The notes: generated by a model from the letters alone, not told the origin. DNA of 64,000 bases from an uncultured Candidatus Saccharibacteria bacterium (GCA_964594735.1 CAZQMS010000006.1:13982-77981); one strand, 5' to 3'. Shown: positions 41,130-52,296, numbered from the stretch's first letter. Numbers and translations: made by a program.

Positions 41130-41328
41130 GCGGCCATCCTAGCAGTTTGACAGGGCAATAGCTATATGCTACTATTAATTTACCAACGTTCTCACCCCAA
41201 TCGCGCGAGCGAAAGAGGAATAATGCTTGTCTTGGAGCTTCATTCAGGACCGTCCTGCCAGTCGATAGAAAGGATGAAAGCTTCGAGACGCTGGATTACT
41301 TCGCCCTTTCAGGGCACCAGCTTAGAAC

Positions 41329-42540
41329 ATGTACCAGAGAAATTATGCGTCCCGTTCGGGAGGCCGGCCGTATCACGGCAACCGCAGCGGCGGATACCGC
41401 CAGAGCGCACCTCGTACGAGGCGTCCCGCCCGCGCCGGGCAGCACATCGACGTGTCACGTTTTATCAACAAAGCAGTCGTCACGGAAGTAGAACAAAAGT
41501 TTGTGCCTCAGCACCGCTTTGCGGACTTCGCAATCGATGACCGACTCAAGACCAACATTGCCGCAAAGGGCTACGAGACCCCGACGCCTATCCAAGACCG
41601 TGCGATTCCGCACGCGCTGCTCGGACAAGACGTCGTCGGTATCGCGAATACGGGTACCGGTAAGACTGCCGCGTTCCTCATTCCGCTCATCCATAAAGTG
41701 CTTACGGACAGGAACCAGCGCGTCCTTATCATGGTGCCGACGCGCGAACTCGCGACGCAGATAGAAGAGGAGTATTGGGGCTTCGCGGCGCACATGCGCA
41801 TCGGTGCTGTGACGTGTGTCGGAGGCGCCAACATCAATCGCCAAATAACGACACTCCGCCGTCATCCCAACTTCGTCATCGGTACGCCGGGCCGTCTCAA
41901 GGACCTCATGGAGCGCCGCGCGCTCGACCTCTCGAGGTTCTCGACGGTCGTGCTCGACGAAGCAGACCGCATGCTCGACATGGGTTTCATTGCGGACATG
42001 CGCATGATTCTCAGCCACATGCGTCCCGAAAAGCAGACACTCTTTTTCTCGGCGACCATGTCGCGCGACATCGAGAAGCTCATCGGTGATTTCCTTCACA
42101 ATCCGGTATCGATTTCCGTAAAGACGGGGGACACTGCAAAGAGTGTCGACCAGGACATCGTGCGCACGCAGGGGAAGCACAAGCTCGACGTGTTGCACGA
42201 CCTCCTCACGCAGCCGGGTTTCTCAAAAGTAATTGTGTTCGGGCGCACGAAGCACGGCGTCGAGAAGCTCTCGAAGCTTCTCGCTGAGCGCGGCTTCAAG
42301 GCAGAATCAATTCACGGCAACAAGACGCAGGGGAAGCGCGAGCGCGCCCTTTCGAGCTTCAAAAAGAACCAGATTCAAGTGCTTGTCGCGACCGACGTCG
42401 CCGCGCGCGGTATCGATGTGGAGGACGTGAGTCACGTCATCAACTACGACATCCCGACGACGTACGAAGACTACGTGCATCGCATCGGACGCACTGGTCG
42501 CGCTGGAAAGGGCGGGAAAGCCCTCACGTTTATCGACTAG
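41329..42540 (+). CDS. DEAD-box ATP-dependent RNA helicase with RG-rich N-terminal extension
   Basis: Q motif, Walker A ANTGTGKT, DEAD box VVLDEADRML, SAT, HRIGRTGRAG. Confidence 0.85.
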   Translation: MYQRNYASRSGGRPYHGNRSGGYRQSAPRTRRPARAGQHIDVSRFINKAVVTEVEQKFVPQHRFADFAIDDRLKTNIAAKGYETPTPIQDRAIPHALLGQDVVGIANTGTGKTAAFLIPLIHKVLTDRNQRVLIMVPTRELATQIEEEYWGFAAHMRIGAVTCVGGANINRQITTLRRHPNFVIGTPGRLKDLMERRALDLSRFSTVVLDEADRMLDMGFIADMRMILSHMRPEKQTLFFSATMSRDIEKLIGDFLHNPVSISVKTGDTAKSVDQDIVRTQGKHKLDVLHDLLTQPGFSKVIVFGRTKHGVEKLSKLLAERGFKAESIHGNKTQGKRERALSSFKKNQIQVLVATDVAARGIDVEDVSHVINYDIPTTYEDYVHRIGRTGRAGKGGKALTFID

Positions 42541-42679
42541 CGCACGGAAGGGGCGGCTACAATGCCGCCCCTTGCGCTTTTTGAGAAGAAAGTGCATAAA
42601 GGTGGATATTAGCCCAGGATTTAGGCAATTGGTCAACCCAAAAAGCCATAATGTTAGCCATTATTCTTCGCATCATTAT

Positions 42680-44380
42680 ATGAAAAAGCTCATCGTTTCT
42701 GCAGTCGGTCTTGCAACGCTTCTTTGCGCCTCGGCCGTGTCGGCCCAGGCGTACTACACGGGCGGAACCTACGGCACATCCTACAACTATGCGACATGTG
42801 CCTCGCTCTCACGCGACCTCTCAATCGGCATGCGTGGCAGCGACGTATCGGCTCTCCAGAGCTTTCTCGTGAGCCGCAACTATCCTGGCGGCGGCTCCTG
42901 GATGGTCACCGGCTACTTTGGCCGCGCGACGCAAGCTGCGGTGCAGATTTTCCAGCGTGAGCGAGGCATTGCTGCGACGGGCGCAGTGGACAGCGCGACG
43001 CGCGCAGCAATCTGCCTGCCCGGCCAGGGTGGCAACGTCGTGAATCCGTTCCCGACGTACCCGACATATCCGACGTACCCCACGTATCCGACCTATCCTA
43101 CGTACCCAACGTATCCGTCGACCGTCACGATTTCGTCACTCTCGACGAACTCGGCTGCTCAGGGTGCTCCGATTACTGTGTACGGCACGGGTTTCGATTA
43201 CAACAATAACACCGTCTACGTCGGCTCTGTCCCGCTCACCGGCATCTCGTCGCTAAGCGGCACGTCGCTCACGTTTACGGTGCCGACGTACCTTACGGGC
43301 ACCGTGCAAGTGTACGTCGCGAATACGCGTGGCCAGAGCAATGCGCTCTCACTCTCCATCGTGCCCTTTACGCAACCGTGCCTGCCCGGCCAGGGTGGCA
43401 CGTACCCGTACACGACGAACTGCGGATGTTCATACCCGTACAACAATTGTCCGACCGGACAGCTCTCGATTTCGTACCTCTCACCGACGAGCGGTGCGGT
43501 CGGCAGCACGGTGACGATATACGGGACGGGCTTCAGCTCTACAAACAACACGGTCATGTTCGGCCAGGGGATTATCACCGGCATCAACTCGTTCGACGGC
43601 CGCTCGCTCACGTTTACTGTCCCGTCGCAGCTTGTCGGCTACGGAACGCAGCAAGTAACGCTCGCGACGTACCAAGTGTCCGTCAAGAACAGCGCAGGGT
43701 TCTCGTCGAATTCGCTTCCGTTCACGGTGACCTCGCTCGGCTCTGCTGGTGCGCCGATTATCTCGAGCATCTCGGGTCCGACATCGCTCCAGACCGGCTC
43801 GACGGGCACGTGGTCGGTCCAGGTCTACAATACGCCACAGAGCTACAGCAACTTTGTCACGGTGTCCGTGACCTGGGGCGATGAAAATCAATACGGTTCA
43901 TCTCTTTCTCCCGCGCAGACATCGTACGCGCAGGGGAGTCAGACATTCACCTTCTCGCACACCTACCAGCAGGCGGGTACGTACACAGTGCGCTTCACAG
44001 TGACGAACGCGTCTGGCCAGACGAATAGTTCGACCGCTATGGTGAGCGTGTCGGGCTCAAACACCGGTTCGCTCGCACTCTCATCAGTGTCTCCCGCTTC
44101 TGGTCGTGTGGGCACGCAGGTTGTGCTCACAGGTAGTGGATTCAGTGCGACCGACAACACCGTGCGATTCGGCGTCGGCGGTACGCAGCACCTCCCGTCG
44201 TTCAACGGTGGCACGACCATCTACTACACCATTCCGCAATACGTCTCTCCGTGCGATGTCATCGCACAGGGTCAGGTCTGCGCGCAGTACTTCCAGCAGG
44301 TAACACCGGGCACATACTCGATATCGGTACAGAACGGTTCGTACACGACGGGTGCGCTCAACTTCACGGTCACGCAGTAA
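42680..44380 (+). CDS. secreted surface protein: signal peptide, peptidoglycan-binding domain, PTY tandem repeats, multiple IPT/TIG-like domains
   Basis: MKKLIVSAVGLATLLCASAVSAQA; PGBD_1-like DVSALQSFL...ATQAAVQIFQRERGIAATGAVD; (PTY)x7; repeated ITVYGTGF, VTIYGTGF, VVLTGSGF motifs; internal ATG of ORF 42572. Confidence 0.7.
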   Translation: MKKLIVSAVGLATLLCASAVSAQAYYTGGTYGTSYNYATCASLSRDLSIGMRGSDVSALQSFLVSRNYPGGGSWMVTGYFGRATQAAVQIFQRERGIAATGAVDSATRAAICLPGQGGNVVNPFPTYPTYPTYPTYPTYPTYPTYPSTVTISSLSTNSAAQGAPITVYGTGFDYNNNTVYVGSVPLTGISSLSGTSLTFTVPTYLTGTVQVYVANTRGQSNALSLSIVPFTQPCLPGQGGTYPYTTNCGCSYPYNNCPTGQLSISYLSPTSGAVGSTVTIYGTGFSSTNNTVMFGQGIITGINSFDGRSLTFTVPSQLVGYGTQQVTLATYQVSVKNSAGFSSNSLPFTVTSLGSAGAPIISSISGPTSLQTGSTGTWSVQVYNTPQSYSNFVTVSVTWGDENQYGSSLSPAQTSYAQGSQTFTFSHTYQQAGTYTVRFTVTNASGQTNSSTAMVSVSGSNTGSLALSSVSPASGRVGTQVVLTGSGFSATDNTVRFGVGGTQHLPSFNGGTTIYYTIPQYVSPCDVIAQGQVCAQYFQQVTPGTYSISVQNGSYTTGALNFTVTQ

Positions 44381-44395
44381 GGCTGTCATGTGATG

Positions 44396-44430
44396 CACGA
44401 AAAAACCGCCGCACGGCGGTTTTTTCGTGC
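44396..44430. terminator. strong terminator hairpin
   Basis: GCACGAAAAAACCGCCGCACGGCGGTTTTTTCGTGC. Confidence 0.7.
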
Positions 44431-44441
44431 ATACTGTTGGT

Positions 44442-45083
44442 ATGCGCAGGCTTATTCGCTACGGTGGATTTTTTGCGATTATCGCAGCCGCGCTTCTTGT
44501 TGCCGCGCCGATTTTGATGCGTTTCGCAGTGAGACCATACATCCACGAATCTATTTCACATATCCGGCATAGCGATGTCGCGCTCGTGCTCGGTGCGTCG
44601 ATATACCAGGGGAAGCCGTCTCCCGTCCTCGAGCGGCGCGCAGCAAAAGCCGTCGAGCTCTATAAAGCGGGACACGTCGACCATATTCTCGTGACAGGAG
44701 ACAACGGTGAAGAAGCGGTCGATGAGGTGACTCCTGTGCGCAAGTATTTGCTCGAGATGGGCATACCTGCTGAGGACATTTTCCTCGACCACGCCGGTTT
44801 TGATACCTATAGCAGCATGTATCGAGCGCGGGATGTGTTCGGAGCGCAATCGGTCATAGTCGTGACGCAGGATTTTCACATGCCGCGCGCGCTCTTTATT
44901 GCGCGCGAGCTCGGAATCGATGCATATGGCGTCCTCGCCGAGGGCGACGGTGCCGAGAAAGACTACGTGCGCGAAGTGCCCGCTTCGGTCAAGGCGGTGT
45001 TTGATATTGTGACGGGGCGCATGCCGCAATACCTCGGTGAGAGAATTCCTTTGGAAGGGGATGGAAGTGCGACGTGGTATTAG
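44442..45083 (+). CDS. sanA: SanA/YdcF (DUF218) family protein
   Basis: TM anchor; ILVTGDNG...YEV-type DUF218 core; ORF may start at 44427. Confidence 0.65.
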   Translation: MRRLIRYGGFFAIIAAALLVAAPILMRFAVRPYIHESISHIRHSDVALVLGASIYQGKPSPVLERRAAKAVELYKAGHVDHILVTGDNGEEAVDEVTPVRKYLLEMGIPAEDIFLDHAGFDTYSSMYRARDVFGAQSVIVVTQDFHMPRALFIARELGIDAYGVLAEGDGAEKDYVREVPASVKAVFDIVTGRMPQYLGERIPLEGDGSATWY

Positions 45084-45110
45084 CCTTCGCGCCATTGTAG
45101 AATACGCGGC

Positions 45111-45404
45111 ATGAAATTCTCTCTTCCTCACCAAGGTAATACGGAGCAGGGGGTTGCGCGCCTCAAGCAACTCCTCGATGAACACCGCTCTCAGATGTCT
45201 GAAAAGGCGACGGATGTGAAAGAGGAGTGGAGCGACAACGTACTTTCTTTTGCATTTACAGTAGAAGGCAAGCACATTGAAGGTACGGTCACGGTGCAAG
45301 ACGGCGCGTACGACGTGTACGCAAAGCTTCCGCTCGCACTCAGACTTTTTGAGGGCACCATCGAGCGCATGATTGCAGCCGAAGTGCAGAAGTTGAAGCT
45401 CTAA
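45111..45404 (+). CDS. small protein resembling polyhydroxyalkanoate-system family (TIGR02610-like)
   Basis: 97 aa; [35 protein letters not shown] pattern; from memory only. Confidence 0.35.
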   Translation: MKFSLPHQGNTEQGVARLKQLLDEHRSQMSEKATDVKEEWSDNVLSFAFTVEGKHIEGTVTVQDGAYDVYAKLPLALRLFEGTIERMIAAEVQKLKL

Positions 45405-45492
45405 ATCGGTACACCGTGTCGGCGTTCATGAACGCGGCATTCCACATCATTTTTTCAAAGACCTTGTAAGAGAGTGTTGGTATACTCCGTCT

Positions 45493-47013
45493 ATGACAGT
45501 GATGAAGCGCTCTCGCATTTTCTTGTTGCTGTTCGTTGCGGCGTGTGTCTTTCCGAGTGCGGCGGCAGCGCAGACGTCAAAATTCGAAGTAACGGGCTGG
45601 ATACCGTACTGGAGGAGCGCGACAGGTACGGCGGATACGCTCCCGCACCTCGACAAGCTCACCGAAGTGAATGCGTTCGTGTACACACTGAAGCAAGACG
45701 GTACGCTATCCGACAACGGCAATCTTGATCAAGAACCGTGGCTCTCGTTGCATGCTGCAGCCAAGGCAAAAGGCGTGCGCGTCATCCCGACGGTGATGTC
45801 GGGCGATCGGCCGCTCATGCACCGCATCCTCAGCAATCCGACGACACGCAAAGCGCTGGTGGATGAAATCGTGCGCACGGTCAATCAAAAGGGTTTCGAT
45901 GGCATCGATATCGACTTCGAGCACAAGCTCGCTGAGACGCGCGACCACTTCTCAGCATTCCTCCGCGAGCTCCAGGCGGCGCTTGGGACGAAGTGGCTCA
46001 TGTGTACTATCGAGACTCGAATACCGCTGAGCGATCAGTACTACGGAGTGACGATGCCCGCGGGTGCTGGTGAGTACTCCAACGACCTCAAAGCGATCAA
46101 CACCTACTGCGACCGCGTGCGCATCATGGCGTACGACCAACAGCGCATCGACCGCAGCGTCAATGCGCAGTACGAAGCGCGCGGCGAACTCTACGCACCT
46201 GTCGGCGACCCTGCGTGGATAGAGAAAGTGGTCAATTACATGAGCGCCGACATATCAAAAGACAAGATGCTCATCGGCATCCCCACCTACGGCTACGAGT
46301 ACGCGGTGACGTCCTACGCGAACAACCAGTACGTCTACGATATTCTCTGGACATTCAATCCCGGCTACGCATGGCCGCTTGCGCAAGAGCGCGGGCTCAC
46401 CCCGACGCGCGCCTCCTGGGGTGAAATGCACTTCTCCTATATCTCCGCAATCCCCACGAGCACACAGCCAAGCAATCTCGGTGCAAACTCGGCGCTCCTC
46501 GCCGCCGCGGCATCAAGCCTCTTTGCGAACCAAAACAATTCCAACATGACATTTCGCTACGTCGTGTGGCCCGATGCCACATCGATCCAGCAGCGGGTAG
46601 ACCTCGCGAAACGATTGGGGGTGCGCGGCGTCTCGGTGTTCAAATTCGACGGCGGTCAGGATCCGGGCATGTGGGGTGTCCTCTCTGGCGTTCGTGGCGA
46701 GATTGAGCAGAAGACCGTATCGGCAGCTCCAGGCGGTGGCATGCTGAAGGCCGTCACGCGTCCACTCTCGCTCAATTCGGTCCACGCTGATGTAAAGACT
46801 GTCCAAATCATCCTCAACTCAGATCCTGATACGCGCGTGGCGCAAAGCGGCGCCGGCTCGCCAGGGCAGGAGACTACCAGGTTCGGCCCACTGACGCGCG
46901 CGGCTGTTCAGAAATTCCAGGTCAAGCACGGCATCGCGGGCCCCGGCCAGGCGGGCTATGGCACCGTCGGCCCCAAGACCCGCGCCAAGCTCAATCAGCT
47001 TATTGCGCTTTGA
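45493..47013 (+). CDS. secreted glycoside hydrolase family 18 protein with C-terminal peptidoglycan-binding domain
   Basis: Signal peptide; GH18 DGIDIDFE catalytic motif; C-terminal PGBD_1-like VQIILN...[27 protein letters not shown]. Confidence 0.75.
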   Translation: MTVMKRSRIFLLLFVAACVFPSAAAAQTSKFEVTGWIPYWRSATGTADTLPHLDKLTEVNAFVYTLKQDGTLSDNGNLDQEPWLSLHAAAKAKGVRVIPTVMSGDRPLMHRILSNPTTRKALVDEIVRTVNQKGFDGIDIDFEHKLAETRDHFSAFLRELQAALGTKWLMCTIETRIPLSDQYYGVTMPAGAGEYSNDLKAINTYCDRVRIMAYDQQRIDRSVNAQYEARGELYAPVGDPAWIEKVVNYMSADISKDKMLIGIPTYGYEYAVTSYANNQYVYDILWTFNPGYAWPLAQERGLTPTRASWGEMHFSYISAIPTSTQPSNLGANSALLAAAASSLFANQNNSNMTFRYVVWPDATSIQQRVDLAKRLGVRGVSVFKFDGGQDPGMWGVLSGVRGEIEQKTVSAAPGGGMLKAVTRPLSLNSVHADVKTVQIILNSDPDTRVAQSGAGSPGQETTRFGPLTRAAVQKFQVKHGIAGPGQAGYGTVGPKTRAKLNQLIAL

Positions 47014-47050
47014 GCTATTGCTGTGCTCTGCGCTGATATACTAGACCGAC

Positions 47051-48307
47051 ATGATGTCGGAGCGCCTTCCACGTAAATCCAATTCCTCATTTGAAAAAGA
47101 ACGTGCATTCCACGACGAGCGCTGGTCAAAGAAGACGGAGGGTTTCAATCTGAGACGAAAGACTAGCGATGATTTCATGCGCGATGAAGCGAATCGCGAT
47201 AACGCAGATTTCGATAAGCGTCAGCACGTGGAGTTCGAAAAATGGCAGGAATCGTTGCGTGTCGTGATTGAAAACCTAAAGTCTCGAATCGAGAATCCTA
47301 ATGACCCCGACAATACGGTGATGCTGATCATGATGGGGGGCGGGATGAAGGGACCTTATACGGCGGGGCAAGGACTGGCTCTGCAGATGGTAGGCCTCAC
47401 TCCTGAGAAAGTAGACATGGTCGTTGGCACATCAACAGGGGCGGTTGTCGCGACCGCATTTGTCGCAGGTATCGAGGCGATGAAGAAGAGTACAACCATG
47501 ATGCTTGAAGAGCTTTCGTCAAAAGACTTCATCAATCCAGCGCGGTTTTGGGAAGTCATCAAGATTCGGATGATAAAGAAACTATGGACTGAAGAAGGAG
47601 AGTATGCGCTAAATATAGACGGTATCAAGAAAGCGAAGCCAGATCTGATTTATACTGCGACGGAGCCTGTCAAAGGCGACGAGGAGCCGATAGTACGATT
47701 GCTCGATGCGAAGACCATAGAGCCGGGAATGGTCGATGGAGTTATGGCATCTATGTCCATTCCATACATAACAGGCGAGATTCCGGAGATTGACGGGGAA
47801 ACATACTACGATGGGGGATTCGGCCGAATGGATATAGAGGCGTACATAGATGAATTCACCAAGCGACACGGCAAACCTCCAAAAAATATCCTGATATTGC
47901 CAACGATGCCTTTCGACGTACTCGAGAACATTAAGCCCTCAGTCGCCGAAATGAAATTAGCGGAATTTGCTCAGAAGAGAGCAGGCTCATTGGTGCAAGC
48001 AGGCTCTCTCGATAAGGCTGCTTCGCTTCGTCAAATAGAAAAGGGACTCTTGCTCAAAGCGGAGCAGCGCAAGGCCTTAGAATTGATTCAACAGAGAAAG
48101 GGTATCCATATTGGGATAATGTGGCCGCCGAATTCTGACCTCACGACGATGAGCATCGATGGGGGAGAAATGAAGGAGGCAGTACTCTCGTCCGCGCGAG
48201 ACACAATCAAACAATTCGGCGAAAAGCAGCCTGATGAGATACCGCTCTATGTCTCGCTAAAACAGAAACTCAAGGATGCCATCTCAAAATTCAAGACAGC
48301 GGCGTAG
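47051..48307 (+). CDS. patatin-like phospholipase with charged N-terminal extension
   Basis: GGGMKG oxyanion, GTSTG nucleophile elbow, DGG; about 48% GC. Confidence 0.7.
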   Translation: MMSERLPRKSNSSFEKERAFHDERWSKKTEGFNLRRKTSDDFMRDEANRDNADFDKRQHVEFEKWQESLRVVIENLKSRIENPNDPDNTVMLIMMGGGMKGPYTAGQGLALQMVGLTPEKVDMVVGTSTGAVVATAFVAGIEAMKKSTTMMLEELSSKDFINPARFWEVIKIRMIKKLWTEEGEYALNIDGIKKAKPDLIYTATEPVKGDEEPIVRLLDAKTIEPGMVDGVMASMSIPYITGEIPEIDGETYYDGGFGRMDIEAYIDEFTKRHGKPPKNILILPTMPFDVLENIKPSVAEMKLAEFAQKRAGSLVQAGSLDKAASLRQIEKGLLLKAEQRKALELIQQRKGIHIGIMWPPNSDLTTMSIDGGEMKEAVLSSARDTIKQFGEKQPDEIPLYVSLKQKLKDAISKFKTAA

Positions 48308-48350
48308 AGTATGTTTGCTCCTCAGGAAGATGGTGTAGAATGGGCTGACT

Positions 48351-49070
48351 ATGCCAGAACAAAAAAGGGACCTTAGCAGTCTGTACACTCCGATTGCAAT
48401 CGTGGTCGCGGGTGTGATTATCGGCGCTTTCGTCATGGTGGGTCTCTCGAAAATGGGAGGCACGGCGAGTGGAGGCACAGCAGTGCTTCCCGATGTTGAT
48501 ATCTCCGACGTGAGCATCGAGGGACATCCCTTCATCGGTGATGCGAATGCGCCAGTCGTCCTCGCGTATTGGTCCGACTACCAGTGCCCATTCTGCAAGG
48601 CTGTAGAAGTGGGACACCCACAGATACCGACCGAGCCCGTACTCCCTGTGCTCATCGAGGAATACGTCGACACCGGGAAGCTCAAGATTGTTTTCAAAGA
48701 CTACGCATTTCTCAGCGAAGACTCGGTCACTGCAGCGCTCTGGGGCAGGGCTGTGTGGGACCTCTATCCGGAAAAATACTGGGAATGGCGCGAAGCGATG
48801 TACGAAGCGCAAGATGAAGAACACGGTGGATTTGGCAACGAGGAGACTATTCTCCAGCTCACGCAAGGAATCAGCGGCATCAACGCGAGCGCCGTCCGCA
48901 CACGTGTCGCATCCAACAGCGCCGAGTACATGACCCTCATCGAGGCAGACAAGACGGAAGGGACGAATCTCGGTGTGCAGGGTACGCCGGGCTTCATCAC
49001 GGGGAAAACGCTGATCCCGGGCGCGCTCCCGCTCAGTGATTTCCGAGCAGCCATCGACGCGCAGCTCTGA
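48351..49070 (+). CDS. DsbA-like thiol:disulfide oxidoreductase (TM-anchored)
   Basis: CPFCK active site; thioredoxin fold length. Confidence 0.75.
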   Translation: MPEQKRDLSSLYTPIAIVVAGVIIGAFVMVGLSKMGGTASGGTAVLPDVDISDVSIEGHPFIGDANAPVVLAYWSDYQCPFCKAVEVGHPQIPTEPVLPVLIEEYVDTGKLKIVFKDYAFLSEDSVTAALWGRAVWDLYPEKYWEWREAMYEAQDEEHGGFGNEETILQLTQGISGINASAVRTRVASNSAEYMTLIEADKTEGTNLGVQGTPGFITGKTLIPGALPLSDFRAAIDAQL

Positions 49071-49262
49071 TTGACGCGTCCATAAAAATAGGGCAGAATA
49101 GAGCCACGGGGTGCCCCGCAAAGGGGCACTTTCCTCTACGAAAAGTGTTCAGGCGAGGGCGGATCTAGGCGCGAGCGAGGACCCAACCGAGCTGTATGAA
49201 CAATACAGTGAGGGAGGACCGCAGCTCGCAACAACGAGACGACCCGCATCAACACTTTTAAT

Positions 49263-51092
49263 ATGGAAATACGGAATATTGCGATTATTGCGCACGTCGA
49301 CCACGGCAAGACCACGCTGACCGATGCGATTTTGCGCCAGACGGGTGTCGCCGAAGAAGGTGTCTCGATGGACAGCAATGCGCTCGAACAGGAGCGCGGC
49401 ATCACTATCTACTCCAAAAACGCAGCCGTATTTTACCCTTCGGCGAGCTCAGGGCGAGCAATGACGAAGATAAACATCGTCGACACACCTGGCCACGCCG
49501 ACTTCGGCTCCGAGGTCGAGCGCGTCCTCCGCTCCATCGACTCCGTGCTCCTCGTCGTCGACGCGCAAGAGGGTCCCATGCCGCAGACACGATTCGTACT
49601 GAAAAAGTCACTCGAGCTGGGCCTCCGTCCCATCGTCGTCATCAACAAGATAGACAAGCCTGCGGCCGACCCCGCGCGCACAGAAGAGCAGGTGCTCGAA
49701 CTTTTCCTCGAGCTTGGCGCAAGCGATGCGCAGGCAGAGTTCCCCATAGTGTATGCCATCGGCAAACAGGGACTCGCCAAGAGGAAACTGACCGACGAGT
49801 CCACCACCATGGACCCACTTCTCGACTGCGTGCTCGAGCACGTGAAGCCGGCCAATGCGAACGTCGATGCATCTGCACCATTGCGCGCGCAGCCGTTCAA
49901 CCTCGGCTACGACAACTTCCTCGGACGTCTCGCGGTCGCACGTGTCTACGAAGGCACGCTTCGCGCCGGCGATACTGTGTATGTGAAGAAGCCGACTGGT
50001 GAGACGCGGCAGGGGAAAATCACCAAGATGTCGACGTTCAAGGGGCTTCAAAAGATTGATGCGGCAGAAGTGAGTGCAGGGGACATTGCGCTCATCGCGG
50101 GTCTCCCAGACATCTACATCGGCGAGACGATTACGACGAGCGAAGCGGTGGAGCCGCTTCCTGCTATCGCCATCGACGAGCCGACCATCACACTCAACTT
50201 CCTCGTCAACAACTCACCCTTTGCCGGCAAGGAGGGCAAATTCGTCACGTCCCGACAAATTCGCGATCGGCTGGAAAAGGAGCTCGAAATCAACGTGGGT
50301 CTCCGGGTAGATTTCTCCGGCGGCGACACAATGAAGGTGTCGGGTCGCGGTGAACTCCACATAGCAATTCTCATCGAGAACATGCGCCGTGAAGGGTTTG
50401 AACTCCAGGTCTCGCAGCCCCAGGTCATCATCCGCGAAGAAGCGGGCAAGCGCATGGAGCCTTTCGAGGAAGTCATCGTCGATACGCCGAGTGAATACCA
50501 GGGCCCGATTATCGAGCGTCTCGGTGTCCGCAAGTTTGTGATGAAGGATCTCAAAGTGCACGAAAATTCCGTGCGCCTCATTTTCGAAGGACCGACGCGC
50601 GGGCTCCTTGGCTACAAGAATCAGTTCGTGCTCGATACGAAAGGAGAAGGAATACTTTCGTCGCGTGTCATCGGATTCAAAGAATACGCAGGAGAGATTA
50701 AGAAAAAGCAGGTGGGCTCGATGATTTCGATGGCGAGCGGTAAGGCGCTGGGCTTCTCTCTGTGGAACCTCCAGGAGCGCGGCGTGCTCTACATCGGTCC
50801 GGCAGTCGAAGTGTATGAAGGTCAAGTCATCGGCAATACATCAAAGGGCGAAGAAATGGCGGTCAATCCCACAAAGGGCAAGCAGCTCACCAACATGCGC
50901 TCCAAAGGCACCGATGAAGCGCTCAACCTCATACCTCCGTTTGACCTCACTATCGAGCGCGGTCTCGAAGTCATGGCAGAAGACGAGTACCTGGAAATCA
51001 CGCCGTCGTCGGTACGTCTGCGCAAGAAGTACCTCTCCGAGACCGAGCGCAACCGCGCGGGTCGTGGGGTCGATGCGAAAATCCCGGGTTAA
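49263..51092 (+). CDS. typA: translational GTPase TypA/BipA
   Basis: G1 AHVDHGKTT, DTPGH, NKID; 609 aa with BipA C-terminal region. Confidence 0.9.
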   Translation: MEIRNIAIIAHVDHGKTTLTDAILRQTGVAEEGVSMDSNALEQERGITIYSKNAAVFYPSASSGRAMTKINIVDTPGHADFGSEVERVLRSIDSVLLVVDAQEGPMPQTRFVLKKSLELGLRPIVVINKIDKPAADPARTEEQVLELFLELGASDAQAEFPIVYAIGKQGLAKRKLTDESTTMDPLLDCVLEHVKPANANVDASAPLRAQPFNLGYDNFLGRLAVARVYEGTLRAGDTVYVKKPTGETRQGKITKMSTFKGLQKIDAAEVSAGDIALIAGLPDIYIGETITTSEAVEPLPAIAIDEPTITLNFLVNNSPFAGKEGKFVTSRQIRDRLEKELEINVGLRVDFSGGDTMKVSGRGELHIAILIENMRREGFELQVSQPQVIIREEAGKRMEPFEEVIVDTPSEYQGPIIERLGVRKFVMKDLKVHENSVRLIFEGPTRGLLGYKNQFVLDTKGEGILSSRVIGFKEYAGEIKKKQVGSMISMASGKALGFSLWNLQERGVLYIGPAVEVYEGQVIGNTSKGEEMAVNPTKGKQLTNMRSKGTDEALNLIPPFDLTIERGLEVMAEDEYLEITPSSVRLRKKYLSETERNRAGRGVDAKIPG

Positions 51093-51117
51093 AAGGCTGA
51101 ATCTGTATACTAGGGGC

Positions 51118-51762
51118 ATGGTGTATGCCGATAGAAAAGAAGCGGGGCAAAGACTCGCTGTCGAAATCGCGGAGCGTGACTACGCGCGTCCGCTCGTGCT
51201 CGCACTCCCGCGCGGTGGCGTCCCGGTGGGGTACGAAGTGGCGCGAGCACTGGAATGCCCGCTCGATACACTCGTCGCGAGGAAAATCGGCGCGCCCTTT
51301 AATCCAGAGTGGGCGGTAGGAGCGATAGCACCAAAGGGCATCGTTCTTTTTGACGACGAAGCTATCGCCTTTGCATCGATCTCTCGCGCGGCCGTCGAGG
51401 GAGTCGTCGGTTCGGAGCAGCAGGAACTCGAGCGCAGAGAACGTACGTACCGAAGCGGTACGTTTTCGGCGGGCTACATCCCGCAGACGGTCATCCTTGT
51501 CGACGACGGCATCGCGACGGGGATGACGGCACGCGCGGCGCTCATGGCGGCGCGTCTGAAGTTCCCAAAGGCACGGCTCGTCTTTGCGGTGCCGGTGTGC
51601 GTAGGTGAGAGCGCCTCGCTCGTGAGAGACCTCGCCGATGACGTGATGTGCCTCGAACAATCTGCGGCGACGTCTGTCGGCGCATCGTACACCGATTTTT
51701 CGCAGCTAGAAGACGAGACAGTCGTACAGATTCTCTCCGGCGATCCGCCGCCTGCGACATAA
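51118..51762 (+). CDS. phosphoribosyltransferase-family protein
   Basis: PRT motif VILVDDGIATGMT; internal ATG of ORF 50815. Confidence 0.65.
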   Translation: MVYADRKEAGQRLAVEIAERDYARPLVLALPRGGVPVGYEVARALECPLDTLVARKIGAPFNPEWAVGAIAPKGIVLFDDEAIAFASISRAAVEGVVGSEQQELERRERTYRSGTFSAGYIPQTVILVDDGIATGMTARAALMAARLKFPKARLVFAVPVCVGESASLVRDLADDVMCLEQSAATSVGASYTDFSQLEDETVVQILSGDPPPAT

Positions 51763-51777
51763 GGACTTTGATACAAT

Positions 51778-52179
51778 GTGCGCATGACACGAGTCCCCAT
51801 GCCGGAGAGTGAAGAGGAGTGGAAGGAGGTGCTCACTCCCGAGCAATATGCTGTTCTGCGCGAGAAGGGGACTGAAGCGCCCTTTAGTGGCGAGTACGTT
51901 CACGAAAATGCCGATGGTACGTATGCGTGCAAAGCCTGCGGCAACCCACTTTTCGATTCGACAGCAAAATTCGACTCAGGCACGGGATGGCCGTCCTTCG
52001 ACCAAGCCCGCGAGGGTGCCATCGAGACGCACAGTGATACCACGCTGGGCATGGCGCGCACCGAAATCACGTGCGCGCGGTGCGGCTCGCACCTAGGACA
52101 CGTCTTCGACGACGGTCCCACGAGAACAGGTAAAAGATATTGTATAAATTCGGTCTGTCTGGATTTAGAGGAGAAGTGA
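51778..52179 (+). CDS. msrB: peptide methionine sulfoxide reductase MsrB
   Basis: CxxC...CxxC zinc site and catalytic RYCINS; GTGWPSF. Confidence 0.85.
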   Translation: MRMTRVPMPESEEEWKEVLTPEQYAVLREKGTEAPFSGEYVHENADGTYACKACGNPLFDSTAKFDSGTGWPSFDQAREGAIETHSDTTLGMARTEITCARCGSHLGHVFDDGPTRTGKRYCINSVCLDLEEK

Positions 52180-52267
52180 TACTGCGACCGAGCGTAGAGC
52201 GAGGAAGTGCCGTAAGCCAGCAGGCGGCGGCCATAAATTCTGTGTGTCTCGATTTGGAAGAGAAATA

Positions 52268-52296
52268 GAAAAGGTCCCGCGCACGCGCGGGACCTT
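52268..52296. terminator. bidirectional terminator between msrB and vWA gene
   Basis: AAAAGGTCCCGCGCACGCGCGGGACCTT. Confidence 0.7.

Noticed and set aside
43051-43115. 9-nt tandem repeat (CCGACGTAC x7) as possible CRISPR or VNTR
   Set aside because: It is in-frame coding (PTYPTYP...) inside the surface protein, with no spacers and no cas genes nearby.
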